From assembly GCA_044869275.1 (NCBI GenBank), contig JBIOXB010000168.1, positions 1 to 64,000 of the forward strand: 64,000 bases of DNA. The letters are read 5' to 3'. Shown one piece after another: positions 51,084 to 61,758 of this stretch; the first letter of the stretch is position 1, and the number at the start of each line of letters is the position of its first letter. A model generated the notes under the pieces. That model had not been told where the DNA came from. It did not search any database and worked only from the letters and a program-made list of their open reading frames with translations. The stretch comes from a bacterium (lineage in GTDB: Bacteria > Zhuqueibacterota > Zhuqueibacteria > Zhuqueibacterales > Zhuqueibacteraceae). The position numbers and the translations under genes were made by a program.

Positions 51084-51608
51084 ATGCGTGCTCACACGAA
51101 ATTTTTTGCCCTCTTGTTTTTAGTGATTACTTGCGTCGGCTGTGATCAAATGTCCAAGCACCTGGCGAAAGAGATGCTGGCGCATCGCGGCCCCCAATCT
51201 TTTTTTTCCGATGTGCTGCGCCTGCATTACGCTGAAAATCCCGGTGTGGCGTTCAGCTTGGGCGCGCACTGGCCCGAGTATTGGCGCATGGCATTATTTG
51301 TTGTGGGCACCAGTTTGTGTTTGGCTGCTCTCCTGGTTTACATTCTGCGCGCCGACATCAAGAACCGCGTGCAGCTCCTGGCGCTCACTTTGATCTTCGC
51401 CGGCGGCATCGGCAATCTCATTGATCGCATTTTTCGCGAGGGGCGGGTGATCGATTTTCTGAACCTCGGCCTGGGCGATTTTCGCACCGCCATCTTCAAC
51501 CTCGCCGACGTCGCCATTACTTCCGGCATGCTTCTGCTGCTGCTCAATTCCTTTGTTGCTTCCCCTCCGCAACCGGATAATATCGAATCTTCCAACACGG
51601 ATATTTGA
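51084..51608 (+). CDS. lspA: lipoprotein signal peptidase II
   Basis: DQ.SK, N.G.AFS, GG.GNLIDR, VIDF, FNLAD. Confidence 0.93.
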   Translation: MRAHTKFFALLFLVITCVGCDQMSKHLAKEMLAHRGPQSFFSDVLRLHYAENPGVAFSLGAHWPEYWRMALFVVGTSLCLAALLVYILRADIKNRVQLLALTLIFAGGIGNLIDRIFREGRVIDFLNLGLGDFRTAIFNLADVAITSGMLLLLLNSFVASPPQPDNIESSNTDI

Positions 51609-51648
51609 GCCGTATGAGCGCGGCGCGAGCAAGGCGCAGAAAAACCTC

Positions 51649-51677
51649 TTGACTCTCACCGCCTGCTGATATATATT
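51649..51677 (+). promoter_or_regulatory. trp operon promoter
   Basis: TTGACT-N17-TATATT. Confidence 0.7.
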
Positions 51678-51735
51678 CGCCGGAATTAAAATTCATGAGG
51701 CCCCGATGTCGCTCGCGCTTGGCTACACGATTACG

Positions 51736-51813
51736 ATGACGGCGATGCAAAACACGCTAAGCCTTTGGTGGCGCTTTTGGCGTCTTTTGCCCCGCGGTCA
51801 TGGTGGAGCTTGA
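51736..51813 (+). CDS. trpL: trp operon leader peptide
   Basis: MTAMQNTLSLWWRFWRLLPRGHGGA*, three Trp codons; alternative in-frame ATG at 51706. Confidence 0.8.
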   Translation: MTAMQNTLSLWWRFWRLLPRGHGGA

Positions 51814-51854
51814 AGAAACAGCATGTGATTTTCGCGCGAATTCAAATGGAATTC

Positions 51855-51893
51855 AAAACCCCGCCATGGCTCTGCCGGTGGGGTTTTTGCTTT
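51855..51893 (+). terminator. trp attenuator terminator
   Basis: AAAACCCCGCC...GGTGGGGTTTTTGCTTT; left arm can also pair with CATGGTGG at 51799-51806. Confidence 0.75.
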
Positions 51894-51984
51894 AATGGCG
51901 GCCCCGTGTGCACCGGCGCTTGGGGTTTTTAGAACTGCCGAAGCGCGAGCTCAATATTCCTATCACCTTGAGGTGTGAAGCCAC

Positions 51985-53484
51985 ATGGCGCTTGTGCCCT
52001 CGTTGACTTTCGAAGCCTTCGCGCATGCGGCGCGTTTTGGCAATATGCTTCCCATCAGTGCCGCCGTCGCGGCCGATACGGTGACGCCGGTTTCCGCATT
52101 TCTGAAGCTCGCGGCGGAGGCGACGCATGCTTTTCTGCTTGAAAGCGTGGAAGGGGGAGAAAAACTGGCGCGCTTTTCTTTTCTGGGGCTCAACCCGCGC
52201 TGGCAGGTCAGCTATCGCCGTCCGGTGCTCGAGATCGTTCGCAACGGCGAGACTGTTACACGCACGCAGGATATTTTTTCTTATTTGCAGAACGAGCTCA
52301 AGCAGTTTTCTCCGGGCGTGAAGGAAGGCTTGCCGCGTTTTGCCGGCGGCTGGGTCGGATATTTCGGCTATGACGCGGTACGCGATATCGAGCGCCTGCC
52401 CGAGAGAAAAAAAAGTGCGACGGCTCATTCCCTTGCTTTGCCGCCGGACGCGGCCTTTGGCTTGTATGACACCGTGCTGGCATTCGATCATCCCCGCCAG
52501 CAGATTCAGATTATCACCAACGTCTTCATTGATGAAGGCGAGCTCAATTTGAAACGGCGCTACGAAGAAGCGCTGGCCAAACTGTCCGATTTGGCGGCGC
52601 GCTTGCGCCAATCGGCAAATCTCGAGGATTCACATTTCTCTTCGCCGCCGGCGGAACCGGTCTATCACCAAACGCGCGAGCAATTCACCACGGCGGTGCA
52701 GCGTGCGAAAGAGCACATTGCCGCGGGCGATATTTTTCAAGCCGTGCTCGCGCAGCGTTTTCATTGTCCCTTGCGTGTTCCGCCTTTTCAGGTTTACCGC
52801 GCGCTGCGCCTGATCAACCCTTCACCGTATCTGTATTTTGTCAAGCATGAGGATGTTTGCCTGATCGGATCCTCGCCCGAAGCCCTGGTGCGCGTGGAAA
52901 ACCGCAGCGTGCAAGTGCGGCCCATTGCCGGTACACGCCGCCGCGGCCTGCATGCCACGGAAGATGAAGCGCTCGAGCGTGAGCTGCAAGCCGACGCCAA
53001 GGAACGCGCCGAGCATTTGATGCTCGTGGATCTCGGCCGCAACGATTTGGGCCGGGTGTGTGAGTATGGCAGCGTGCAAGTCGACGCGCTGATGGCGACC
53101 GAGCGCTACTCGCACGTCATGCATTTGGTTTCAAATGTGACCGGCAAACTGCAGGAAGGCCGGGACGCCATCGATGCGATGCGCGCGTGCTTTCCTGCGG
53201 GCACGGTGAGCGGCGCGCCCAAAATTCGCGCCATGGAAATCATCGATGAGCTCGAGCCCGAAAGCCGCGGGCCCTACGCCGGCGCGGTAGGCTACTTGGA
53301 TTTTTCCGGCAATCTCGATACCTGCATCACGATTCGCACGATTTGGACACACCAGGACGTCGCTTATTTTCAGGCCGGCGCCGGCATCGTTGCCGATTCC
53401 GATCCTTTCAAGGAATATCAGGAAACCATCGAAAAAGCCCGCGCCATGTGGAGCGCGATCGACCTGGCGGAGAGAGGGTTGTAA
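51985..53484 (+). CDS. trpE: anthranilate synthase component I
   Basis: LLESVEGGE, NPSPY, PIAGTR, EHLMLVDLGRND, PAGTVSGAPK. Confidence 0.96.
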   Translation: MALVPSLTFEAFAHAARFGNMLPISAAVAADTVTPVSAFLKLAAEATHAFLLESVEGGEKLARFSFLGLNPRWQVSYRRPVLEIVRNGETVTRTQDIFSYLQNELKQFSPGVKEGLPRFAGGWVGYFGYDAVRDIERLPERKKSATAHSLALPPDAAFGLYDTVLAFDHPRQQIQIITNVFIDEGELNLKRRYEEALAKLSDLAARLRQSANLEDSHFSSPPAEPVYHQTREQFTTAVQRAKEHIAAGDIFQAVLAQRFHCPLRVPPFQVYRALRLINPSPYLYFVKHEDVCLIGSSPEALVRVENRSVQVRPIAGTRRRGLHATEDEALERELQADAKERAEHLMLVDLGRNDLGRVCEYGSVQVDALMATERYSHVMHLVSNVTGKLQEGRDAIDAMRACFPAGTVSGAPKIRAMEIIDELEPESRGPYAGAVGYLDFSGNLDTCITIRTIWTHQDVAYFQAGAGIVADSDPFKEYQETIEKARAMWSAIDLAERGL

Positions 53485-53570
53485 TTCGTAAAACGTGAGG
53501 CGTAATTCGTCGTTACGAATCACGGATTACGTCTCACGGATCAATCATCGCAAAATCAGAGCAACGATTT

Positions 53571-55343
53571 ATGCTACTTCTCCTCGACAACTTCGACTCC
53601 TTCACCTACAATCTCGTGCAATATTTTGGCGAGATTGGCGCGGAAGTCCTCGTTTTCCGCAACGACGCCATTGACGGTGAGGGCATCGCCAGGCTGCAAC
53701 CCAATGCCATCGTGATCTCCCCCGGGCCGGGACGGCCCGAAGATGCCGGCGTCACGCTCGCCGTCATACAAGAATTGGCCGGCAAGATTCCGATTCTCGG
53801 CGTGTGCTTGGGACATCAGGCCCTGGGCATGGCCTTCGGCGGAATGGTCGTGCGTGCGCCGGAATTGATGCACGGCAAGACTTCTGCCATTCACCACGAT
53901 GGCCGCAATCTCTTTCATGGCGTCGCGAATCCCTTCATTGCCACGCGGTATCATTCGTTGATTGTGGAAGAAAGCAGCCTGCCGGCGTGCCTGGAAATCT
54001 CGGCGCGCACGGAAAACGGCTTGATCATGGGATTGCGCCATCGGGAGCTGGCGGTAGAGGGCGTGCAATTTCATCCGGAATCGATCATGACCACCAGCGG
54101 CAAACTGCTGCTCAAGAATTTTCTGTTGATGTGCGGCCAAGGCCCTTCATCCTTTTCTTCCGACGCGCAGCTTCGCTCCGCACCTGCCACTGGAGAGCCG
54201 CATGGTGTAGTGTCCAATTCCCAGGAAGAACGGTTCGACCCCCGGGCGTCCAACAGCGCGGGCCCTGAGGTTGAAACTCGTCCGGAAAAAACCAAACAGG
54301 AACTCACATTCGTTGCAGGCAGGAGCATGATTCAACAAGCTATTCGTCAAGTCATCGAGCGCACCGATCTGGCGCGCAGCGAAGCTTACGCCGTCATGCA
54401 GGAAATCATGAACGGCGAGGCTACACCGGCGCAAATCGGGGCATTTCTCGCGGCCTTGCGCATGAAGGGCGAGCGCGTGTCCGAAATCACCGGTTTCGCG
54501 CAGGCCATGCGCGAGCGCGCGACCGCGGTTTCCACGAAACATCAAAACGCGATCGATCTTTGCGGCACCGGCGGCGACGGCAAAGGCACGTTCAACATTT
54601 CAACCGTGGCGGCTTTCGTCGTCGCAGGCGCGGGAGTGCCCGTGGCCAAGCACGGCAGCTACTCCGTTTCCAGCGGCTGCGGCAGCGCGGACGTGTTGCT
54701 GGAGCTGGGGCTCAACCTCGATTTGACCGCGGCGCAGATCGGACAATGTTTGGATGAACTCGGCATCGCCTTTTTGTTTGCGCCGAAATTGCATCCCGCG
54801 ATGAAGCACGCGGTCGGCCCGCGCCGCGAGATCGGCCTGCGCACGATCTTCAATATTCTCGGGCCGATTACCAATCCCGCCGGCGTGCGGCGGCAAATGA
54901 TCGGCGTTTTCGACCGCCGTTTGGCCACCATGCTGGCGGAAGTGCTGGCCGAGCTGGGCACGGAGCAAGCGCTGCTCGTGCACAGCGACGAGGGCTTGGA
55001 TGAGATTTCCGTTCACGGCCGCACGCTGATCGTTGAATTGATGAAAGGCAGAATTTCAGAGCGCGCGCTCACCCCGGAAGATTTCGGCTTGCAGCGCTAC
55101 ACCGACGGCATCTATGGCGGCGGGCCAGTGCAGAACGCGCAAATCGCGCTGCACATTTTGCAGGGTGAAACCGGTGCCCCACGCGACATCGTCGTGGCCA
55201 ACGCGGCCTGCGGCTTGCTGGTCGCTGGGGCAGCACCTCAGTTGAAAGAAGGAGTAAAGCTAGCGCAGCACAGCCTCGATTCCGGCGCCGCCATGCGCAA
55301 ATTGGAAGCCCTGCGGGAAATGACGAATGGTTTGGCAATCTAA
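53571..55343 (+). CDS. trpGD: fused anthranilate synthase component II and anthranilate phosphoribosyltransferase (TrpG-TrpD)
   Basis: [23 protein letters not shown]; ~65-aa linker; [16 protein letters not shown]. Confidence 0.9.
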   Translation: MLLLLDNFDSFTYNLVQYFGEIGAEVLVFRNDAIDGEGIARLQPNAIVISPGPGRPEDAGVTLAVIQELAGKIPILGVCLGHQALGMAFGGMVVRAPELMHGKTSAIHHDGRNLFHGVANPFIATRYHSLIVEESSLPACLEISARTENGLIMGLRHRELAVEGVQFHPESIMTTSGKLLLKNFLLMCGQGPSSFSSDAQLRSAPATGEPHGVVSNSQEERFDPRASNSAGPEVETRPEKTKQELTFVAGRSMIQQAIRQVIERTDLARSEAYAVMQEIMNGEATPAQIGAFLAALRMKGERVSEITGFAQAMRERATAVSTKHQNAIDLCGTGGDGKGTFNISTVAAFVVAGAGVPVAKHGSYSVSSGCGSADVLLELGLNLDLTAAQIGQCLDELGIAFLFAPKLHPAMKHAVGPRREIGLRTIFNILGPITNPAGVRRQMIGVFDRRLATMLAEVLAELGTEQALLVHSDEGLDEISVHGRTLIVELMKGRISERALTPEDFGLQRYTDGIYGGGPVQNAQIALHILQGETGAPRDIVVANAACGLLVAGAAPQLKEGVKLAQHSLDSGAAMRKLEALREMTNGLAI

Positions 55344-56187
55344 GCGACACCCCCCTGCCCCTCCCGAAGTGTCGGGAGGGAATAATAAGGGCGATTTTCT
55401 CTCCCGCATCCTGGCGCACAAGCGCAACGAAGTTCATGCGGCAAAAGCAAAGACGCCCACGGTGCAACTGGAGCGTGCCGTGCGGGACCTGCCGCCGCCG
55501 CGAGATTTCGCCGCGGCTTTGCGCGCGGGCAACGAGCTCGCGATCATCGCCGAAATGAAAAAGGCCTCACCCTCGGCCGGCGTTTTGCGGGAGGATTTTG
55601 CGCCTGAACAAATCGCCGCAAGCTATGCGCGCCATGGCGCGGCGGCACTTTCTGTTTTGACAGACGAAGAATTTTTCCAGGGCGCATTCGACAATTTGCA
55701 GAAGGCGCGGCGCGGATGCGTGCTGCCGCTATTGTGCAAAGATTTCATCGTCGACACCCATCAAATTTTTTCGGCGCGCGCCCACGGCGCGGATGCCATA
55801 TTGTTGATCGCCGCCGCCCTCCCGGGCCCGGAATTGTCTTTTTTGCTGCAGGAGGCGCAGGCGCTCGGCCTGCACGCGTTGGTGGAAGTCCACGACGAGC
55901 AGGAACTGGAGCACGCGCTCGCGCACGGCGCGAAAATTATCGGCGTGAACAATCGCGATTTGCGCTCCTTCGAAATTTCTCTGCAAACTTCGGCGCGGCT
56001 CATGCCGTTGATTCCACCGGCTTGTGTGCGCGTGGCCGAATCCGGCATTCGCGAGCGCGCCGAGGTGGAATACCTGCGCGATTTCGGCAGCGACGCGATT
56101 TTGGTGGGCACGCATTTCATGCGCCAGCCCGATCCTGGAATGGCTTTGCAGTCCTTGCGAGGAGTCGCCCGAAAATGCTTCCCGTGA
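55327..56187 (+). CDS. trpC: indole-3-glycerol phosphate synthase
   Basis: [32 protein letters not shown]; start uncertain (ATG 55327 or GTG 55369). Confidence 0.93.
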   Translation: MVWQSKRHPPAPPEVSGGNNKGDFLSRILAHKRNEVHAAKAKTPTVQLERAVRDLPPPRDFAAALRAGNELAIIAEMKKASPSAGVLREDFAPEQIAASYARHGAAALSVLTDEEFFQGAFDNLQKARRGCVLPLLCKDFIVDTHQIFSARAHGADAILLIAAALPGPELSFLLQEAQALGLHALVEVHDEQELEHALAHGAKIIGVNNRDLRSFEISLQTSARLMPLIPPACVRVAESGIRERAEVEYLRDFGSDAILVGTHFMRQPDPGMALQSLRGVARKCFP

Positions 56188-56837
56188 AAGTCTGCGGCAT
56201 TACCCGCCTGGAAGACGCCGCGCGCGCTGCGGATTTGGGCGCGGCGGCCGTGGGATTTGTGTTTTATCCCAAGAGTCCGCGTTGCCTGGACGCCGGCGCC
56301 GCGCGGCGCATTGGCGAACGATTGCCGCCCACGCTGGCGCGCATCGGTGTGTTTGTTAATCCCGATCCAGAAACGCTGCAATTCATCGCCGCACTCGCGC
56401 AGCTCACCCACGTGCAATTATGCGGACAAGAACCCCCATCGTTGTGCGCGGAGTCGCCTTTGCCCATCATCAAAGTCGTGCGCTCGCCCTCGGAATATTC
56501 TGCCCAGGCCTTGAAAAACTTCCCGGCCGCGGCGTTCTTGGTCGATGGCGGGAGGGCGGATGAATACGGCGGCACCGGTGAAAAATCCGATTGGTCTTTT
56601 TGCCGGCAATTGCGCGAAACGAAGGTGACGATTTTGGCCGGCGGCTTGTCGGCCGAGAATATCGCTGCCGCGATTGCTGCGGCACAGCCCGATGCTGTGG
56701 ATATCTCCAGTGCGCTCGAAAGCGAATATGGCATTAAAGACCACGAAAAGATGCGGGCGTTCTTTGCCGCCCTGAAGGCACTGCCCGAACCGGCCTCGCG
56801 CCTGCGAGAAGGATTCTTTTCACTCAAATCGAATTAG
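56175..56837 (+). CDS. trpF: phosphoribosylanthranilate isomerase
   Basis: VKVCGIT, GFVF..SPR, GGTG, LAGGL. Confidence 0.93.
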   Translation: MLPVKVCGITRLEDAARAADLGAAAVGFVFYPKSPRCLDAGAARRIGERLPPTLARIGVFVNPDPETLQFIAALAQLTHVQLCGQEPPSLCAESPLPIIKVVRSPSEYSAQALKNFPAAAFLVDGGRADEYGGTGEKSDWSFCRQLRETKVTILAGGLSAENIAAAIAAAQPDAVDISSALESEYGIKDHEKMRAFFAALKALPEPASRLREGFFSLKSN

Positions 56838-56872
56838 AGAGCAGCGCAACAGTTTTAAGGCGGAAACCATCC

Positions 56873-58084
56873 TTGGATTTTTCAACCCAACCCGATACCC
56901 ACGGCAAATTCATTCTCCCTGGTAAAGACCATTTCTTTGGTGGGCGGTTCGTGCCGGAGGTGCTCATCCCTGCCCTGGAAGAATTGGCGCAGGCCTATCA
57001 CGCCGCGCGGTCCGACCCGGGTTTTCAACAACAACTGCATGACAGCTTGTGCGAATACGCGGGCCGGCCCACGCCACTGACGCATGCGCCGCGGCTGTCG
57101 GAAGAAATCGGCGCGCGTATTTATTTGAAGCGCGAAGATCTGACGCACACCGGCGCGCATAAAATCAACAATGCTCTCGGACAAATTCTGCTGGCGCAAA
57201 GAATGGGCAAACGCCGTATCATTGCCGAAACCGGCGCGGGCCAGCACGGCGTGGCGACCGCGACCGTGTGCGCGCATTACGGTTTGCCGTGCGTGGTTTA
57301 CATGGGTGAAGAAGATACCAAACGCCAGCGTCTTAATGTTTTTCGCATGCAATTGCTCGGCGCGGAAGTCGTGCCCGTAACCAGCGGCAGCCGGACTTTG
57401 AAAGACGCCATCAACGAAACCATCCGTGATTGGGTCACGAACGTACGTGACACCTTTTATCTCATCGGCTCGTGCGTCGGCCCGCATCCCTATCCTGTCA
57501 TCGTGCGCGATTTTCAAACCGTCATTGGCAAGGAAACACGCGAACAAATTCTCCAGCGAGCCGGAAAACTGCCCGATCGCGTCGTCGCGTGTGTTGGCGG
57601 CGGCAGCAATGCCATCGGCATGTTTTATGCTTTTCTGCCGGAGGAGAGCGTTCAGCTTTATGGCGTCGAAGCTGCCGGGGACGGGCTTGATTCGGGCAAG
57701 CACGCCGCCACGCTTTCGCGTGGCAGCCGCGGCGCCTTGCATGGCGCCATGAGTTACTTGTTGCAAAACGAGGACGGGCAAATCCTGGCAGCACACTCCA
57801 TTTCCGCGGGATTGGATTATCCTGGTGTCGGTCCGGAGCATAGTTTTCTAAAAGAAATTGGCCGCGTGCATTACCACGCCATTACGGACGCCGAAGCCCT
57901 GGCAGCGGTTTCAAAGCTGTGCAAGCTCGAGGGTATCCTGCCCGCGCTGGAAAGCGCTCATGCCATTGCGCAGTTGTGGAAATGGCGGAGCACACTAAAA
58001 GGGAATGAGGTCATTGTCGTTTGCCTTTCCGGGCGAGGGGATAAAGACGTCGAAGTTGTGCAGCATGCTTTGCGAAAGCTTTGA
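56873..58084 (+). CDS. trpB: tryptophan synthase beta subunit
   Basis: [38 protein letters not shown]. Confidence 0.97.
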   Translation: MDFSTQPDTHGKFILPGKDHFFGGRFVPEVLIPALEELAQAYHAARSDPGFQQQLHDSLCEYAGRPTPLTHAPRLSEEIGARIYLKREDLTHTGAHKINNALGQILLAQRMGKRRIIAETGAGQHGVATATVCAHYGLPCVVYMGEEDTKRQRLNVFRMQLLGAEVVPVTSGSRTLKDAINETIRDWVTNVRDTFYLIGSCVGPHPYPVIVRDFQTVIGKETREQILQRAGKLPDRVVACVGGGSNAIGMFYAFLPEESVQLYGVEAAGDGLDSGKHAATLSRGSRGALHGAMSYLLQNEDGQILAAHSISAGLDYPGVGPEHSFLKEIGRVHYHAITDAEALAAVSKLCKLEGILPALESAHAIAQLWKWRSTLKGNEVIVVCLSGRGDKDVEVVQHALRKL

Positions 58085-58146
58085 GCAAGGCGTGCCTGCT
58101 GGGAACACGCAGAGCGAACCAATGTAATGGTCATGGAATAATTGCC

Positions 58147-58953
58147 GTGGAACTTCCGCTCACGCAAAAAATCAGAAGCTGCGAGCAAAATCATCGCCGG
58201 ATTCTTTCCCTTTATCTCACCGCGGGCTTTCCCGAACTTGCCGCAACCTCGGAACTATTGCCGTTGCTGGCCCAAAACGGTGCGGATTTGATCGAGCTGG
58301 GCGTGCCCTTTTCGGACCCGCTCGCCGACGGGCCGACGATTCAGCGCAGCTCGCAGCGCGCGCTGGAAAATGGCGTGACGGTGCAAAAGGTTTTGGACAT
58401 GGCACGTGCGGCAGCGCCGGCGTTGCGCGCGCCCGTCATCTTGATGGGCTACTTTAATCCCATTTTCAAATTCGGTCTCGAGGAGTTTGTCACGGCGGCG
58501 GCGCAGGCGAATGTGCAGGGTCTGATTATTCCTGATTTGCCGCCGGAAGAAAGCCTGGGGTTGCGCGAAATGGCCCTGCGGGCCGGCATCAGTTTGATCT
58601 ATTTGATTTCGCCCAATGCCTCGGCCGAAAGAATCAAATTAGTCGAAGCGTTGACCACGAGCTTCATCTATGCGGTGTCCGTCACCGGCGTCACCGGCGC
58701 GCGGGCGAATCTCGCGGCGCAAGCGGAAGATTTTCTTTTGCGGCTGCGCGGGCAAGTTCGTCATCCCGTGCTGGTTGGATTCGGCGTTGCTTCGGGCAAA
58801 GACGCCGCGCCGTTGGCGCGACATTGCGCAGGTGTGATCGTGGGCAGCGCGTTGTTGAACCTCATTGAACAAACTTGGGCGCAGCCGGAGGGGAATCTGC
58901 GCATCGCCGCTTTTGTGCGCGAATTGCGCGAAGCTTTGGATTCTTCCAGTTAG
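58147..58953 (+). CDS. trpA: tryptophan synthase alpha subunit
   Basis: ELGVPFSDPLADGPTIQ, PDLP.EE, GVTG, VGFG, VIVGSA; GTG start assumed. Confidence 0.95.
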   Translation: MELPLTQKIRSCEQNHRRILSLYLTAGFPELAATSELLPLLAQNGADLIELGVPFSDPLADGPTIQRSSQRALENGVTVQKVLDMARAAAPALRAPVILMGYFNPIFKFGLEEFVTAAAQANVQGLIIPDLPPEESLGLREMALRAGISLIYLISPNASAERIKLVEALTTSFIYAVSVTGVTGARANLAAQAEDFLLRLRGQVRHPVLVGFGVASGKDAAPLARHCAGVIVGSALLNLIEQTWAQPEGNLRIAAFVRELREALDSSS

Positions 58954-59240
58954 CGCGACTTACCCTCCGTCTGCTTTGCCTTCAAGTAATCCTCATACAT
59001 TTTGATGAAAGCCGGACGATTGCGCTTTGCCCTTTCGAAGTCTTCGGAGCTCGTTTTGAATCCATCTGTTCCCGGTAGCAGACGAAGAATCCAGTATATC
59101 TCTGCCAAATCCTCCGGCCATGCGACAATGAAATTCTTGCCGGTTTTAAGCACCTTGATTTCTCCCGTTTTTCTTGAGCAAATGTTTCCCTGATCAACGT
59201 ACGCAAAAGATTCGGCTCCAGGCTGGGAGCAGTTGATCAA
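58950..59240 (-). CDS. hypothetical protein or gene remnant
   Basis: 96-aa ORF filling the gap after trpA; no recognised motif. Confidence 0.3.
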   Translation of the reverse strand: MINCSQPGAESFAYVDQGNICSRKTGEIKVLKTGKNFIVAWPEDLAEIYWILRLLPGTDGFKTSSEDFERAKRNRPAFIKMYEDYLKAKQTEGKSR

Positions 59241-59307
59241 GATTTGCAGTTCACTTCATGATACGGATTTTCAGTCGCGAAGATTCGTCGCTCGTAAATG
59301 GGCCGTG

Positions 59308-60150
59308 TTATTTCTGCAGCGTCACCGCATATTGCTGCGTCCAGCCCAAGTCGGCGTGCGAGAATACGGTGATATGCAGGCACACTTGCCGCAACCACAG
59401 CGCCATGCCGCAAGTCAAACGATCGGGATTGCTGCTGATGCCCAGGCGCAGCGACAAGGGCGACACCACACGGTATTCGATCCCACCGCGTACTTCCAAC
59501 GGAAAAGCGCTTTCTTTATAAACGTCGAATTGGAACACGGCGCCGGCTCTGGGAAAATAACCAAAGCCCACGCTCATCTCGCGCGGCAGGGGCTCGCGCG
59601 CCGCGCCCATCTTCGCGTGGAGAAGATTGCCGAGCTTCGCCCCCCATACAAAATGCCCACCCAAGCGCGCCACGCATCCCAAGCCGGCGAGGAATGCGCG
59701 CGTTTGCCCGTAATTCGAAATCTGAATTTCGCGCCATGCCGCTAACAAGCCGAATGAAATGCGGGCGGGGGGTTGGGTTTGCGGCGAGGTTTTTTTCCGG
59801 AATGAAAATGCGTGCGCCAAGCTGAGCTGATAGCAGCGATCTTCAAAATTCTCATGCCCGAGCCGGACCAACGCCGCGCCACCGGCGATCTTGCCGAGCT
59901 GCCCGCGCAGGCACAAACTCGACAGCACGATTTCACGCATGCCGAAGGGATGCGAGTAAAACACCGTGGCGCCCCATTTGTCGAGTTCAGCAAGCAATGC
60001 CGGATTGAGCAACTGTGCTTCCGGCTCGGCAGCGAATGCGACGCCGCTACCGCCCATGGCTTGTGCGCGCGCACCCAGCGGATAATCCTGGCTGAGCGCG
60101 AAAGTGCCGCCCAGCAGCAAGGCGGTTGCGACTATTCCCTTGACTTTCAT
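59308..60150 (-). CDS. PorV/FadL-like outer-membrane protein
   Basis: Signal peptide, GARAQAMGG..NPA motif, amphipathic strands, H..LG C-terminus. Confidence 0.65.
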   Translation of the reverse strand: MKVKGIVATALLLGGTFALSQDYPLGARAQAMGGSGVAFAAEPEAQLLNPALLAELDKWGATVFYSHPFGMREIVLSSLCLRGQLGKIAGGAALVRLGHENFEDRCYQLSLAHAFSFRKKTSPQTQPPARISFGLLAAWREIQISNYGQTRAFLAGLGCVARLGGHFVWGAKLGNLLHAKMGAAREPLPREMSVGFGYFPRAGAVFQFDVYKESAFPLEVRGGIEYRVVSPLSLRLGISSNPDRLTCGMALWLRQVCLHITVFSHADLGWTQQYAVTLQK

Positions 60151-60265
60151 AAAACCCCCTGGCTATATTGGATTCGTTATGAGTGACAAATGCTTACACT
60201 TTACACGTGTAAGGTGTAAAGCAAAAGACACTGGTTTATCTCATTTCCCCCAGCTTTATCTTCTG

Positions 60266-60285
60266 GAGAGAGAGAGAGAGAGAGA
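60266..60285 (+). repeat. (GA)10 microsatellite
   Basis: GAGAGAGAGAGAGAGAGAGA ending 1 nt before the ATG at 60287. Confidence 0.9.
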
Positions 60286-60286
60286 C

Positions 60287-61171
60287 ATGTGCGCTAAAGC
60301 CATTTCATTTGTATTCTTAATCGTGACTGTCGTGCTTGTCGTTGGCGCTTCGATCCGTGTGACCACAGCGTCTGCCCAAGCCTCGAGCAAGCGCCGCGTG
60401 CGTCCGGAAGTGAAAGTGATTCTGGACAAGTTGCCGGAAGACAAGAAGAAAAAAATGTCCACGTTTGCCGAAAAAGTGCGCGTCTACATCGCCACGCGCG
60501 ATTGGATTGAAGAAGATTTTGTGCGGCCTTTCAAGGTGGGGTTACAATTATTTCTGGAGGACAGCCCCGACGCCACCGAAGATCGTTATCGCTGCAGCCT
60601 GGTCGCCTCCGGCCCCGATATTCAATACTATGACAAGCGCGCGCTGTTCCCGTTTCAAGTCAACGAAACGATTCAGGAAACCGGCGCCTCCACGCCCGTG
60701 CGCACGCTGATCGATTTTTACGTCTTTCTCATCATCGCCAATGAGCTCGACAAATACGGCGAAAACGCCGGTGAAAACTATTTTGCCAAAGCCCGAGCCG
60801 CGATGCAGGAAGGCAAGTACAGCCAGTATGCCTACGGCTGGGATTGGCGCGAAGACACCATTGAAGCGATCACCACCGACGACTACAAAATGTTTCGCGC
60901 GATGAAGGATTATTACTTCTATGGCTTGTGGTCGACCGAGGGCGAACCCGAAAAAACCCGCAAGTACGTCTTGGACGCGCTGAAGCGTCTCGAAGAGGTC
61001 GTGAAAGAGAACAAGGACAATCCCGGCGCCAAGCATTTCATCGACGCGCATTATCAGGAAGTGATCGAGATTTTTAAAGACAGCAAGGACGCCACGGCTT
61101 TTCAGATCATGACCCGCCTGGATCCCGATCGCAAAGACGTTTACAAGCAGTATATTGCCAGCAATGATTGA
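60287..61171 (+). CDS. DUF4835-like exported protein
   Basis: Signal peptide; DFYVFLIIA..LDKY...G..YF..A..GW..R..Y.YG pattern. Confidence 0.6.
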   Translation: MCAKAISFVFLIVTVVLVVGASIRVTTASAQASSKRRVRPEVKVILDKLPEDKKKKMSTFAEKVRVYIATRDWIEEDFVRPFKVGLQLFLEDSPDATEDRYRCSLVASGPDIQYYDKRALFPFQVNETIQETGASTPVRTLIDFYVFLIIANELDKYGENAGENYFAKARAAMQEGKYSQYAYGWDWREDTIEAITTDDYKMFRAMKDYYFYGLWSTEGEPEKTRKYVLDALKRLEEVVKENKDNPGAKHFIDAHYQEVIEIFKDSKDATAFQIMTRLDPDRKDVYKQYIASND

Positions 61172-61239
61172 TTATCCAATAGATTGTTGCCTCTTCTTTA
61201 CCTGCCCGTGATTCCTACCCCTCGTGTTGACGCCCACTC

Positions 61240-61758
61240 TTATTCCGGAGTCACAATTTTGGCCCCATTGAATCCCAGGCTACTCACCGTGTTCAATGTG
61301 CCCATTGCGTGTTGTTTTCCGTACAATGGGCCCACGTAAACATAGTACCTGGAGTCGCAAACGAGATGATTGGCATGCACTCTCCTCTGCCTGAGAATGT
61401 ATTCCAGTTCCTTGGCCTTGCTGTAATCATTGAATTCCGAGATCACGACGATGTAACCTTCAATGCCCAGCTCTTTCAATTTTCTGGGTAGTGGCTCCAG
61501 CGGCGCGACAATACCATCCTTGGTCTCGGTAGCGGCTCCGATAGTTCCCGGAGGCGCGCACATGAGGTTGATGTCGACGCCAAACTGCTTCAGGACAACC
61601 AGGGAAAGGGTGAGGGCCAGGGAGAAGGCTATGGCAACGGCGATGGGAGAAGCTGATCCGGGCCAGGACAACTTGCCGCTGCCTTCGAATTTGTTGGTAG
61701 TCTTCTCGGTGCTGAGGTGCGAGATCGTGCCGATGAACTTTACATTGTTATCTTCCAT
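61240..61758 (-). CDS. SPOR domain-containing membrane protein
   Basis: Single TM; Y.V....F...A..L..YYVYVGP...A...L..LGF.GA. Confidence 0.65.
   Translation of the reverse strand: MEDNNVKFIGTISHLSTEKTTNKFEGSGKLSWPGSASPIAVAIAFSLALTLSLVVLKQFGVDINLMCAPPGTIGAATETKDGIVAPLEPLPRKLKELGIEGYIVVISEFNDYSKAKELEYILRQRRVHANHLVCDSRYYVYVGPLYGKQHAMGTLNTVSSLGFNGAKIVTPE

Noticed and set aside
51607..51618. GAGCCGTATGAG resembling the start of group II intron domain V
   Set aside because: No complementary 3' strand (..GTACGGTTC) follows and there is no reverse transcriptase
55716..56174. Long N-terminal extension of the TrpF ORF
   Set aside because: It overlaps trpC out of frame; TrpF homology starts at ATG 56175
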